The notes: generated from the sequence alone by a model not told the origin. Shown: positions 43,637 through 57,353, counted from the first letter of the stretch. The stretch is 64,000 bases of DNA from Octopus vulgaris (GCA_951406725.2 OX597817.1:51460001-51524000); one strand, 5' to 3'. Numbers and translations are program-made.

Positions 43637-43683
43637 AGCTTTTGTTATATTTCTGCTGCATTTAAGTAAATTATATGTATATA

Positions 43684-44725
43684 TTAGGTTGTCAAGAAAG
43701 TTCTTGCGGTTTTTAAACTTTAAATTCAGTTGTCGAGAGGCGAGGGGTCTGGTGTATATGGTGGATGAGACAGAGTTTCCTAGCCCAATTCGTTCAACTT
43801 CTGCAGGGTCAGTTGTGCGACGTGCGGCCGAGCGTTGTCGTGCAGAAGAATTGGTCCTTTTTTATTGACCAATGCTGGCTGTTGTTGTCGGAGTTTCTTA
43901 TGCATATCATCCATTTGCTGACAGTACTTCTCCGCCGTAATGGTTTCGCCTGGATCTGTGATGGATGAGACCAGCCACAGACTACCAAATAGTCACCATG
44001 ACCTTCTTTTAGTGCAATTTTGGTTTCGGAAGTGCCGTGGAGCTTCGTCGGCGTCCAACCACTGAGCTGAGCATCGTCGGTTGTCATAAAGAATCCACTT
44101 TCCATCGCATGTCACAATCTGGTCGGGAAACGGTTCGTTCTTGTTGCGTAAAAGAAGGGAAGACGACACTTCAAAAACGGCGTTTTTCTTTTTTTGGTTG
44201 TCAATTTGTGCGGCACCTATTTCTCAAGTATTTTTTTTTTTTCCAATCTCTTTCAAGTGGTTGGAAATTGTATACGTTACGTCTAATTCAGAAGCAAGCT
44301 CTCTAGCTGTTGTGCGTGGATTAGCTTCGACTGAGGTTCTTAGTTTATCTTTATCAACATCCGATGGCCGACCACTACGCTTATCACCTTCTAGACACTC
44401 AGCACCGGTACGAAATTTCTTGAACCACCATTGTGCTGTACGTTCATTAGTGGTTCCTGGGCCAAATGCATCGTTGATATCGCAAGCTGTTTCAACAGCT
44501 TTTCGGCCTAACTTGAACTGGAAAAAGTTGTCCATGTTGTATTCAACGTTCCGGGAAAAAGTGGCCTAATTATTCAAAAAGAAAATGAGTAACAGGATTA
44601 GATAGAACGAAAAACGGGATTTAAAATGATTTATAAAGTTAAAGTACTTTAACGAAAAGTATTTTGAAAATACATTATTTAAAACGAAAATTTAAAATTC
44701 CGCAATACCTTTCTTGATAACCTAA
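43684..44725 (-). mobile_element. Internally deleted mariner transposon with both TIRs; transposase pseudogene
   Basis: TIRs 'ttaggttgtcaagaaag' and 'ctttcttgataacctaa', with TA flanks. ORF 44224-44535 'ETACDINDAFG...RTAQWWFKKFR...LEGDKRSGRP' is the HTH. Frameshifted catalytic-domain remnants (CD.KWILYDN, LHDNARPHVA) lie downstream. Confidence 0.9.
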
Positions 44726-44843
44726 TATATATATATATATATATATATAAAGAGAGAGAGAGAGAGGGGGAGAGAGATACAGAGAGAGAGAGAGGGGAGT
44801 GAGACAGCGACAGAGAGAGACACTGAGAACCAGAGTCAGACAT

Positions 44844-44882
<39 letters not shown>

Positions 44883-44928
44883 TTTATATTTTATTTATAC
44901 TGTATATATATATATGTGTGGGGAGGGC

Positions 44929-44975
<47 letters not shown>

Positions 44976-44977
<2 letters not shown>

Positions 44978-45303
44978 GTATTATTAGTGAATTGAAGAAA
45001 TGGAGTTGAACGAAGATTGAACAGAATTCCTTTTATTGCATTCTACACATGTTTCAAAAGCCACAATTTTCCAAATTCTGATTAAATAAGGATCCCATAT
45101 TGTGGCTTTCTCTTCAGGAAAAAAATATAGGAATTCCGTTGGCAGAACAAAACAGAACAGAGGCGCAGCAAAGCAATTTGAACGAAGCGGCTCTTTAAGA
45201 GCCCATGGGTGAACATGGCTTTTGAAACATGTGTAGAATGCAATAAAAGGAATTCTGTTCAATCTTCGTTCAACTTCATTTCTTCAATTCACTAATAATA
45301 CTA
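44976..45303. mobile_element. Foldback element with near-perfect 88-bp inverted arms and a hammerhead-like motif at 45042-45119 (-)
   Basis: Arms 44976-45063 and 45216-45303. Minus strand reads CTGAAGA-gaaagccacaat...attgtggctttt-GAAA-CATG-TG. Confidence 0.75.
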
Positions 45304-45450
45304 AAATTCAATTATCCGCACCAATGCACGGTTGCCACACCAAAAGGTTTTATCTCCAACCGTGCTTTCTTCTGCCGTGATTTTTGCTACCAAGGTATCG
45401 GTTAAACTTTTGATTAATCTGCAACAAGATTATTCATCTTTCTATTTTAC

Positions 45451-45491
<41 letters not shown>

Positions 45492-46119
45492 AACACTAGA
45501 TGCGGACATGCGTACATAAAATGCACAGAAATGTCGAAAAACATATGCTCGTGGTTAAACGCATGCTCGGTATCTACATGCTTACCGCTTAAGCCTAACC
45601 GGGCGGCACGGTACTTAGTGTAAGTTACTTCTACAATAGTCGCATGACGTCTAATGGCACATCAATAGATTTGGTAGGCGGAAACTCTGTGGAAGTCCCT
45701 CATACATGTATATATAACTCTGTGTGGGTATGCATGTGCTGGTGCGAGTGCGAGGACGCGTACGGTTTCCAGTTGGGCTTCAAGTACCATCACTATCCGA
45801 CTGGCGTTGGTTTCTTCATTCGATGTGACAGCGATTCGGCAAAAGGCCGATGTAATAATTACCAGAGAAACAAAAAATTGTACTGCAGTCGTTCTGTTCA
45901 ACTTGGAGCCCTTCAAGGACATACAAATCCATGGCAGCAGTTCCATAACCGAAGCGTAGAAATGGTAAAGAATACACTCACGCAGAGCTCATAGATACAT
46001 AGCACATGGCCACATACACATACACACGCATAAACATACATATATACACATATACACACATATGTATAGAGATATATATGTATATATGCATATATATATA
46101 TATACGCATATATGCATGC

Positions 46120-46169
<50 letters not shown>

Positions 46170-46281
46170 AAAAGTGAAAAAACTACAGAAGGCTTGTTTT
46201 AAAAGGTTAAAAAAAATATATTTGAGTCAATATGTCTGAAGAATGTTATAAATTTTTTTCATACAATGACATAGTATAGAA

Positions 46282-46317
46282 GAAATGACCGGTTTCGCGT
46301 TCAGCTTTTCAAATTTC
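46282..46317 (-). ncRNA. Minimal hammerhead ribozyme (U3-A8) in the 3' UTR of the PLE
   Basis: gaaat-TTGAAAA-gc-tgaac-gc-GAAA-CCGG-TC-atttc: perfect 5-bp stem I and a GUC site, on the same strand as the RT, about 80 nt after the stop. Confidence 0.85.
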
Positions 46318-46397
46318 ATAAAACGTTATGTTTACGTTGAGCGGTGATCTAGATAATAAGTGATTTCTTCCGGTGTAAGGGAGATAATCGCTTAAAA

Positions 46398-48518
46398 TTA
46401 TTTGCCTTTCTTTTGGATTGAGTTTCTCTGTATAAGTATGTTGGAATGGTTAAGTTTGGGCTTGTATTTTTCAATGAAGAATGTTTCCTTGTTTAGTCTA
46501 ATTTGTGTTGGTGTTCCGATAGCACATTGGTAGAATGGAAAGATTAGAAATTGTGGTAGTAGTTGCTTTGCGCATTTCTCAATGTGCTCACTAAAGGGTA
46601 TCATTCTGTATTCTGGGAATGCAATCTTTTGTCGATGCAGTGTGCATCTACGTCTGAGTGATAGTCCCGTGGATCCCACGTAGTCTTGGTGGCAGCCCGA
46701 GCATTTTATGACATAAATTATGTTTTCAGATACACAAGTAAAATTAGATTTGATCTTGAATTTCTGTCCCTCTTTGAAGAGGAATTCTGATCCTTCTAGC
46801 AGGTTTGAACATGTTGCACAGTTCGGTCTACCACATTTTTTTACTTTTGCATCCGTAATTTCAGAAAACAATTTTGCCTTTGTGAGAATCTTTTTAAGTG
46901 ATTTAGGTTATTTGTAGCTTTTAATGATTTGGTGTATGTTTAGAATTTCCTTTAATTTGGGGTCCTTATGAAGTATTGGTAAATTCTGGGTGATGATGGT
47001 GAAGGCTTCTTTGTTTCTGGGGTTGTATGTGGATATGTAAGGTAGTATTTTCGGGGAAGGTATGTTGAACTTTTCTTAAAGTTTCTATGTTGATTGCTGT
47101 TGCACGTCTGATCCCATCCTCTATGAGTTGAGCTGGGTAATGTCTGTCAGTTAGGGTGTTTTTGAGTTCTTGCAGTCTAAAGTTCCTGGTATTTTGTTCT
47201 GACACTATTGTACATATCCTTCTTGCAAGGTTGAAGGGGATGTTTGTTTTAGTGTGTCTTGGGTGGCATGAATCAAAAAGAAGGTATTGTTTGGCGTCTG
47301 TGGCTTTGTAAAAAATGCCTGTTTCTATTTTAAGGTTAATATTTTTAATTAGTATATCAAAGAATGGGAGCTCCTTTTTGTTGTATTCCATTGTGAACTG
47401 TATATTTGGGTTTATGCTGTTCAATAGGTTTTTAAATTTTAGGAGTTTATCTGTGTTTTCATTCCAGAGTATAAAACAATCGTCCAGGAATCGTTTCCAA
47501 TTCTCTTTTATGTATTGAGAGAAGGGGTTTCCAAAGATTGATAAAGATTCCTGGTAAATGATTATTTCCAGGTAGCCCATTGTTAGGTTCGCAATGGCTG
47601 GTGCTGCCCTTGTACCCATAGCAATTCCGGATTTTTGACGGTAAAATGTATTGTCAAACATGAAGTGGTTATTATGTAGGATGAATGCAATTGATTTAGT
47701 AATGAAATTCTTTACTGATCCTTTTTGGTATTTCTTCCGGAAATTGGTCCAGCCAGAACTGTATTGCCTCTAGTCCATAATTATGAGGTATAGTGGTATA
47801 TAAGTTAACTACATCAAATGAGACCATGATTGATTCTTCCTTGGCTTTTTTTGGAAGGTGGTTTAACATATCTAGGTCATCTCTGATATGGCTATCGATA
47901 TGTTTAAGGAAGGGTTTGAGGAGGATGTCCATAAATAGACTTAGTCTGTGTGTTTTCTCAGGTTGGGCCAGCTACAATGGGTCGTAGTTTTAGGTCCCCC
48001 GGGTCGGTGTGTGTATGTATGTCTTTGGTGATTTTTTAATGGTTTCATTTATGATTTGGCTTTTATGAACTTTTGGCAGACCATAGAAGAGGCTAGGTTT
48101 GTATTTAAAGTTTGTTAGAAAGTCAATCTCTTTGGTTGTTAGTTCCTTTTCATGGGTTTTAATTAGTGAAGATAGAGTTTTCATTATTTTTTGTGGGGTG
48201 TAGTTGGTGATTTTTTCATAATGCTGGTTGTCATCAAGCAAGGAAATTACAAGATTTCTATAGTATGATGTATCCATTATTACAACTGCACTTCCCTTGT
48301 CTGCTTCCTTAATGGTTATATCTTCATCATTTTGAAGTTCTATCAGTTCCTTCCATTGTGTAGTGTTCAAATTTGAGTTAACTGTCTGTTTATGTATAGT
48401 ATGGTAGGGAAAGTTCTCAATTTGGTTACAGAATTCGTCAAGATCTTTATTTCTTCCTCTGTGGGGGATGTGTTCACTTTTGTTCTTGACTAGTGATTCA
48501 TCTTCAGTATTGAAACTG
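46398..48518 (-). pseudogene. PLE RT/GIY-YIG endonuclease pseudogene with at least 3 frameshifts
   Basis: Four ORF fragments colinear with the intact ORF at 60377-62704. Confidence 0.9.
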
Positions 48519-48625
48519 TATGTATATATACATACATATAAATACATATATATACATACATATATACACATACATATATAGATATACATACATATACATA
48601 TATACATATATATATATATACATTC

Positions 48626-48666
<41 letters not shown>

Positions 48667-49310
48667 CACATACATATACATATATCTATATACAAATATA
48701 TATACATATATGCATATATATACACACATACATATATATATATATACATATATATATAAATATACATATATACACACATACATATATATATATACACCAA
48801 CTTACACACACACAGGTGCGTGTGTATCTGAAAGCGTGTATATGCGTCTGTGTGTCCGCGCGCACGCGTGTGCACTAGTAAGAGGTAGGAATCTCATGCA
48901 ACAGTAATGGTTTCGTTTAATCTGAAAATCCTATTGAATTTGATAAGAGCAGACAGAGAGAGAGAGACAGGTTTACACATTGAATGTTCTCATTGGATAC
49001 ACAGCGACTGTTTTCCATAGGAAATAATAAAAATGTGCAACATGGGTGATAGAAACTAACCGCTTGATGTTTATTAAAACACTAGAGTAATGTAAATACC
49101 ATAGAACCGTTATTGGATTGTTCGAGCACCGAGAAAGGCCTTTTATGTACGTCGCTAGACTTAGTGATCTCTTCCAAGTATGCGTGGAGGCACGGAGCAA
49201 GCGGAAGTTTGGATAGGAGGAAATGAAGAATGTTGGTAAAGTTCTATCATTTACAGTTGAATGACAAATGACAGATATCGATATTTCGAAGGCGGAGAAA
49301 AATTTTACCT

Positions 49311-49344
<34 letters not shown>

Positions 49345-49346
<2 letters not shown>

Positions 49347-49745
49347 TTTTATTCATTTATTTGTTTCAGTCATTTGATTGCGGCCATGCTGGAACACCGC
49401 CTTTAGTCGAGCAAATGGACCCCAGGACTTATTCCTCGAAAGCCTAGTACTTATACTATCGGTCATATTATTGGGTGAACCGCTAAGTTATCAAGCGAGG
49501 ATGGGGGGAACGATTACAGAGGCACATATATATACACACACACGCATACACACACACACACACACACATACATATATATATATGACGGGATTCTTCCAGT
49601 TTCCGTCTACCAAATCCATTCACAGGGCTTTGGTCGGCCCGCGGCTATAGTAGAAGACACTTGCGCCAGATGTCACGCGGTGGGACTGAACCTGGAACTA
49701 TGTGGTTGATAATCAAGCTAGTTACCGCACAGCTACTCCTGCGCC
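49345..49745 (-). mobile_element. SINE family A
   Basis: Reverse-complement copy, followed head-to-head by a 50-bp inverted head fragment at 49745-49796. Confidence 0.85.
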
Positions 49746-49796
49746 TGTGTGGTAAGTAGCTTGCTTACTAACCACATGGTTCCGAATTCAGTCCCA

Positions 49797-49960
49797 TTTT
49801 ATATAGAATTACCTGAGGTTTCATGCCTACAATGCCAAACACTTCTGGACAACTCGTCAGACTTTATATTTTTCAAATTTTGTATTCATGTAGAGTCTGA
49901 CGAGCTGTCCACATGACCTTGGTTTTGTGGGTGAAAAACCTTGGGTAACTCTATAGAAAA
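49797..49960. ncRNA. Inverted pair of hammerhead motifs at 49804-49867 (-) and 49891-49953 (+)
   Basis: Plus strand reads tagagt-CTGACGA-gctgtcc...-GAAAaa-CC-ttg-GG-TA-actcta with a 6-bp stem I. Minus strand reads taaagt-CTGACGA-gttgtcc...-GAAA-CC-tca-GG-TA-attcta. Confidence 0.65.
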
Positions 49961-51279
49961 TTTTATTGTTATATATATACATATAGCTGAAGGATTAAAA
50001 TTAATCAAAGGACTCACTAAGTATGTCTACCTCTTCGTATGTATCTTCTCATGAATTATTTGCTCCGTAATGAAGTTATGTATATATATATATAGTCGAC
50101 AGACATTTCACTCAAAATGTACTGGTTGACCCGGGGCAATAGTAGAAGTCAATCGCCAAGGTGCTGCCACGTAGCTGGACTGAACCTGAAACGTCGTGAT
50201 AGTATAATGAGATTCTTAACCACAGAACCACGTAAATGGTAATGTATTAAAGACGGTGTTCGTTTAGACACGTCTGTTAGAGACGTATGCAATTTGTACA
50301 CCATAGCAAAAAGTTTCCAACAGAGCTGACTTGATTCTCAATTCTCGTTATAATATATTGCTGCGATTTTGATTAGATAGATGAAAACGGTTTCACTTTA
50401 AACACCAACATAAACATCAACATAGAGTAGGGTAATATCCCAAATCCAGAATAATTATCACCTGCGCAGTGGTGTATTACAAGTTAATAGCTACGGTTAA
50501 GATGAACTAACTTATAGATGTACATGGCAGTTTATCATTTCGTCCTTTCGTTAAAATATTCTGCACGCATAAAGTTGATTAAGACGGACAAAGAGAAAAG
50601 TGTAAACGGAAAGTGAAGTTCGTTTCGGTAGAGATAAATCAGGATATAAGGTAATCAGCGTGTTATCCTCAACTGTAAAGGGCAACAAAGACAACTGAAC
50701 AGAATTGCTTAAATTGAGGGGTTATCTGTTTCAATTTAGTCATTCATCATGAAGACAACTACGAGGGAATTCTGCCAGATATATAAGAAATATCTGGAAC
50801 GGGAAGGAAAACTAGAATCATTTGTGTTTAATGTAATCGCATCCATCTCATTTCAACTTTCTTTTACCTCTCTTTCTTTCCCACTCTCTATTTTTCTCTC
50901 TTTTGTTTTTGTTTTTTTGTATCTCTCACTCTCTTTGACTTTCCCTATCATTCATACTTGTACACAAATAACATTATATTAATTGTTAGGTGCGCTTTAA
51001 AACAAAAAAGAAATGCCGAGCACACTTGATTCGGCATGTAAATGTGTTAGCTGTAAATCAAAGTTAAACAACTTTCATGACATTAGTTGCTGGAAAAATA
51101 TTCCCTGTTCCGTGTTCATGTAAATTATACAGGATGACTCGTCGAAGAATGAAACCATGAATTCCGAACCAACTCAGTTCTGTAGACGCTTAATAACCAT
51201 TGTACAATGCTTGCATACATGTCTACCAATTGTCTTCATAGAAATAGCACAATTCATATATTATCTTTTGCAGTAAGGA

Positions 51280-51695
51280 ATTGAGCTGGCAGAAGGCGGC
51301 GAGGTGGCAGAAACGTTAGCAGTATTTCGTCTGTCTTTACGTTCTGAGTTCAAGTTACGCCGAGGTCGACTTTGCCTTTCATCATTTCGGGGTCGATATA
51401 TTAAGTACCAGTTGCGTACTGGGGTCGATTTAATCGACTCGCCCTTTCCCCAAAAATTTCAGGCCTTGCGCCTAGAGTAGAAAAGGATTTGATCTGGCAG
51501 ACCCATTAACACGTTGTAGCAAATGCTTAGCGACATTTAGTCCATCTTTATATTCTTAGGATAAATTCCACTGTGATCGACTTTGCCTTTCATCTAATCG
51601 GGGTCGATAAAATAAGTACCAACTGAACAAGAGGGTCGCCGTAATCGGCTTTCACCGCCCCCAAAATTGCTGGTTTGTGCAAAGATTTGAAACCA
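51280..51695 (+). mobile_element. Tandem SINE family B copies
   Basis: 'aaggcggcgaggtggcagaaacgttagc...gttctgagttcaa...gccgaggtcgactttgcctttcatc'. Confidence 0.8.
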
Positions 51696-52279
51696 AAACA
51701 TCATTGTTTAGATTGAAATGATATTTGCTTTTTGAAAAGATCAGAGTTTGTGTTACAATACAAACAGAAATTTGTCATAATAATCTGTTTACGATCAAAT
51801 TAATTTATCTTGACGTAATTAGCGATAATAATTATATTACTGATTTTTTTTTTATATTTGTTGCCCATTGAAAGCACTATAAATTTAAATTTATTACTAA
51901 ACTTTATCTTCGAATATCATCATAAATCTGAAGGTTTCGTATTGTTAATATTTGTAAAAATAATAATGGCGATGAAAATTTATGTATTTATAATAAAGAT
52001 TTATTAGAAATACTAATATTATTGTATGAATCACTATCATTATTATATGAATTAGCTATTTTTCTGAACACGGCTCTGTGCCCCTTGGCTACGTCTTGTG
52101 CTCTTTTCGTGTTCCACGTTCCGTGTTTTCTGATGTGCTGAAATTATTAAAGGTGATAGGTAACGCCAAGAAACGTTACTCTCCGTTACTAATACGTATA
52201 AGTCCCAATTTTCTGGTTACGTATCATTCTACACATTTTTAATCATGCCCAGAACATCTATTACTTATTTATTTCTTAT

Positions 52280-52513
52280 TTCTTATTTCTTTACTGCCCA
52301 CAAGGGGCTACACACAGACAGGACAAACAAGGACAGACAAAGGGATTAAGTCGATTATATCGACCCCAGTGCGTAACTGGTACTTATGTAATCGACCCCG
52401 AAAGAATGAAAGGCAAAGTCGACCTCGGCGGAATTTGAACTCAGAAAGTATCGGCGGACGAAATACTGCTAAGTATTTCTCCCAGCGTGCTAACGTTTCT
52501 GCCAGCTCGCCGC
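52280..52513 (-). mobile_element. SINE family B, full length
   Basis: Matches 31030-31263. Confidence 0.9.
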
Positions 52514-52603
52514 CCAGGATATCTATTACTATTGGGATGCTGTCTCTGCGAACAGGTGTATTCAAGAATATTGCCATTTCAAAATGTTTCTTGGTATACC
52601 CTT

Positions 52604-52827
52604 GTATAAGGGTCCGCTGAAAAGATCCTGTCCGAGGATAAAGGAAAAATAGAGGAGGATCAGTTAATTATGACTCCATTCAAGATATACCCCTCTCAGA
52701 CTCACACACTTAATCCGGCAGTCCTTCAGTTTTTCGAAACCCTGTAAAAGAACTCTGATCGTTGAACCTCTGACAAGGCGTTTCGCGTCACCCTTAAAGC
52801 CAGGAACTTTACAACACGCCTTGGTAC
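52604..52827 (-). mobile_element. Mariner-derived MITE retaining the transposase C-terminus
   Basis: 'LQGFEKLKDCRIKCVSLRGVYLE' is the mariner terminal motif. Degenerate TIRs '...aagatcctg' and 'caggaacttt...'. Confidence 0.55.
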
Positions 52828-53149
52828 CGCCATCTTCGGTTTCTATTTCAAAATGATAAAAGACTTTCACTGCATGAAAACCCAACTGTGCCATGTGTGT
52901 ATATTGATGTTGTTTTGACTGAAAATGGGCAGTCTCGTACATTGTGGCTATTTTTTTCTTCCCAGCCGCCAAATAACACGATTCATTTAATGCATTCTGC
53001 AATCTCATAACCGGAGGCTCTTGTTGAAAACTACGTACAATAATAATTATAGAGATACTTTTCATTAAAATGAGATAATGAAATTAAAAAAAGAAATGTC
53101 AGCAATAAACCTGAAACAGCAAAAATACATTTAGGTCTTTGTAAATATA

Positions 53150-53601
53150 TTCTTTTATTTGTTTCAGTCATTTGACTGCGGCCATGCTGGAGCACCGCCT
53201 TTAGTCGAACAAATCGACCCTAGGAAGGACTTTATTCTTTGTAAGCCTAGCACTTATTTTATTGGTTCCTTTTGACGAACCGCTAATTACGGGGATGTAA
53301 ACACACCAGCATTGATTGTCAAGCGATGGTGGGTGACAAACATGAACACACAACACACACACATAGATACACACACATACGCACAAACACACACACAAAC
53401 ATACATACACACACATATATATATATACATATATATATGACAGGCTTCTTTCAGTTTCCGTGTACCAAATCCACTCACAAGGTCTTGGTCGGACCGAGGC
53501 TACAGTAGACGACACTCGCCCAAGGTTCCATACAGTGGGACTGAACCCAGAACAATGTGGTTGTTAAACAGCCTACTTACCACATAGCCACTCCTGCACC
53601 T
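53150..53601 (-). mobile_element. SINE family A
   Basis: Reverse-complement full-length copy. Confidence 0.9.
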
Positions 53602-54034
53602 GTATGACTGTACACATTTTATACCTCTGATATCAATATGAGGGTTTGGACTAAGAGTTGTGCCTAGGTCACTTTCGAAAGAAGCACGTTAAACAAGTCA
53701 ACAACATCCATGGAAGTTGACTAACTGTGAAAGCAACTGGAAATAGGAAGGATATATGAACGCGTGAGGATAAGAGAACGTACACAGATCTAGCGAGCAG
53801 GCATAGGGGAAGTAATTCTGTAGAAATACTTCAGTCGGATAATGGTGATTCTAAAAGGGGGTTGAAAATTGAAATAGGATCAGTGTCCAATGTGTCAGCT
53901 GGGTCATGAAGCAAAAGATTTCATGTCATACACAGAAAGATGGAATATGGAAAAATACAAGCGAAACAACACTATCACCAATATTTACAAGAGATTGAAG
54001 GCAGACAGACAGACAGACAAAAGACGGACGATCG

Positions 54035-54065
<31 letters not shown>

Positions 54066-54078
54066 GGACAGACGGACG

Positions 54079-54118
<40 letters not shown>

Positions 54119-54153
54119 GGCAGGCAAGCAGGCAGGCAGGCAGGCAGTTAGAC

Positions 54154-54251
<98 letters not shown>

Positions 54252-54709
54252 TGCATTCTTAAATATTTCAACTGCAGCTAAATGAGTTGTGTATTAATAC
54301 CGAATCAAATTGTTTGTGTACGTGTTTGTATGTGTGTATACAGATATGTATACGTATGTCTATTTATGTTTTCGATTTTGACGATGGCAGTCGAAGTAGA
54401 TAAAGCTATGAATAATAGCGTTATATAGCGGGTTAAAAACCACTTTGGATAAGAAAAATCGACGGATACATGAGCGAGACGAAACAACATCTTTTGTAAA
54501 CATGACAGACTTCGACATTTTCTATGCAAAAGACTTTTTAAACCAATATTTGCACGCTATTATTTGAAGCTTTATCTACATACAGTTCAACCACTCAAAT
54601 CGAATTATTTCATGTTCTCGAAGCTTCTTAATATTTTTGACGTAAACAGAATATATATGTGTGTGTGTGTGTGTGTACATATGTACATACATACATAACT
54701 ATACAAATA

Positions 54710-55094
54710 TCTCTCTATATATAAACGGCAGTTTGTCTGTGTGTGTGTCTGTGTGTCTGTTAGGTTGTACCCTCACCCTGACCACGGCTTTCAACCGATT
54801 CTGATGAAACTTGATACACACATAGCCCAATGTCATAATTCAAAACTAACGCAGCGAAAATTTTGAAAAGTTCCTCCAGTTCTGAAAAAATCGATAAATT
54901 CGACATGGGGTCGAGAATCAGAAACACAAACCACAGACTGTCTAGGGGACGCAACTCGACCTTTTTTAAATCTCAAAAACAAAATTTACCATCATTTTTT
55001 TCCATTTTTTTGCTATTTTTTGACTATAACTCTCTAAAAATGCTTTATAGTTATTTCCCTTACAAACCCGAGCAACGCCGGGCGATACTGCTAG
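54710..55094 (+). mobile_element. Non-autonomous Helitron
   Basis: 5' TC, 3' CTAG, subterminal hairpin 'cccgagcaacgccggg', inserted between A and T without a TSD. Second copy at 37386-37776. Confidence 0.85.
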
Positions 55095-55266
55095 TACTTA
55101 TATAAATATACTAATATATATATGCCTATATATATATGTATATATATATTCATGTATTAATACATTTATATATCCATATGTATGCATATATACATATATA
55201 TATATATATGTATGTATATATATATATATATATGTGTATATATTGCTGTGTGTGTATGTATGTATG

Positions 55267-55312
<46 letters not shown>

Positions 55313-56724
55313 CATATTCATTTCATTTCATTTTTATCAGTCAAAGCTAAGTGATAACCTCGTAAGCACAAAAAATATAAATAATCGTAAGAAAGCAAAC
55401 GTTTTGATGTGGATTCCATTAGACGCGTTCATTTCTTTAATGGCTGCCATTATTTTTACATCCAATGCAAATGATGTCAGATAATACACCATGTTGCTAT
55501 GTATAATTAATTTAGAAACAGTAAAGTATAGAATCATATTTGATTAAATAATCTAATAACAATTTGAAGGTGACAATTTACTAATATAACAAGAATAATT
55601 TTAACATTAGAACCTGTCTTAAAACTATATATCATTACATAAGACAAAATGTTATATAACTTTTTTCCGACAACTTCTCTAAATCCAGTAAGTGCAATAT
55701 TGCATTCAATCAAAACTTTAATACAATTTTCTTCCTGCTTGATAATACAGACTTTTAGTGGCGGGTTAGCAGAATCGCAAGAACGTCCGGTAAAATCTTC
55801 AGTTGTATTTCTTACAGCTCATTAGGTTTTCCGTTCAAATTCCTCGCAGGGCGACTTTGTCGTCCCATGACCTCCACGTCGATGAAATAAAGTAACAGTA
55901 AAGTACTGGTGTCGGTTCATCAACTATCCCTTTTCTAAAATTGCTGACCCTGTACCGAATTCTGTGATAATAATTTGTGGAGTAATGTCGAAAAGTTGCT
56001 ATCACGTGCAATATGAATCCGGTGATCAGCCGACTTCATCGTAAACATCAGCCAACCACCTTACTTGGTTGCTCTGGACTGCACTCGAACTTCATTAGAA
56101 AATTTGTTTGTTAGAACTGTTTGTTAATTGTCTTTATACATTATTATTTACAATTCTATGTAAATCTTCACTCTCCTTTGTCTGTCTATTGTTCTCAATC
56201 TTTTGAGAGTCGAACTGAAAATTCAAGGATCGACATGGAATTAAGCCTACAAGCAAAGATAAACGAACGTGTTAAATAAAACTGTACGCAGAAGTATTCT
56301 ATTCAACGATGCTTAACGTGCCTTTAATTTATTCCAGCTTGGCAAAGCTTTGCGCACACCAGCAGATGTATCATTTCCTGTACTAATATAAGAACGTATC
56401 TGGTGAACCATAAGGTCGCAGAAACGCGCGCGTGCTACGGTCCCGTAATATCATTCACAAAAAACAAATTATCGGGACAGACATACGGAGAACAAAATCG
56501 CGCGATCATAAAACACTACGCACATAGCGCACTGCAAACTCGCTCATATTCAGAGAGCTGCAATCAAGAAACGAGACAAGGAGGAAAAATGCGACACGGT
56601 ATAGGAGCATTTTTCAAAACTTGGAACAAGTTCATTTGTATTACCATTTAAATATTTCGATATGCCCTATAACAAATCAGGCTGTCATCATTTTGGGCGA
56701 TGACACTAACTCATATATATATAC

Positions 56725-56773
<49 letters not shown>

Positions 56774-56777
<4 letters not shown>

Positions 56778-57353
56778 AAATAATGAGGGAGATAAATTAA
56801 TATTAATTTTAATATCAATTTAAAACCAGTAGTCTAGCATACACAAAATCTGAGAAGTCAGAGAAAATTCTAATATATGTGTATATTGGCAGGGCAAGAC
56901 TGCTAGGTAGTCGGCCGTATGCTAGAAATAGATCATCAACGATCAAACTACAAAGGAAATTCTCTAGAGGAAACATTCAGCGAACACCAGAACCAAATTT
57001 GGCGGGCAGGACAGATGAAGATTTATATAAAAAACAGAATTAAATGCATACCTCGGTTTCGGCCTTTAACAAAAGAATTACTTACATAATTCAAATGTCC
57101 GTGGCTTCATCAGTGCATTCGTTCAGTGTAAATGCAATTCGCAAAACTAACCCCAGCTTTCTGTGCCAAAACAGACACGTGCTTAGTTTTACCGATTACA
57201 TTAGGGATAAAATTTCAAATGTCTTGGTTCCGGCGCGCTAAGAAATTCCTGAAGCGAAGAACTGCAGTAAATAACTCACTGCGGTTAGTGCTTGCTACTA
57301 GAGAACGTATTTATTTCAATATTTAAATAATGAGGGAGATAAATTAATATTAA

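Larger units (their letters stand above)
46167..48518 (-). mobile_element. Penelope-like retroelement, 5'-truncated and frameshifted, flanked by (TA)n
   Basis: ORF pieces 47990-48518 ([20 protein letters not shown]), 47696-47932 (SFDVVNLYTTIP), 46966-47661 (GIAMGT, RFLDDCF, LPFFD) and 46398-46871 (CxxxxCxxC, IYVIKCSGCHQDYVG GIY-YIG). Confidence 0.95.

Noticed and set aside
53870-53935. CPMCQLGHEAKDF, resembling a zinc knuckle of a LINE ORF1 or Gag
   Set aside because: The spacing and last Cys do not fit CCHC, and there is no supporting flanking ORF.
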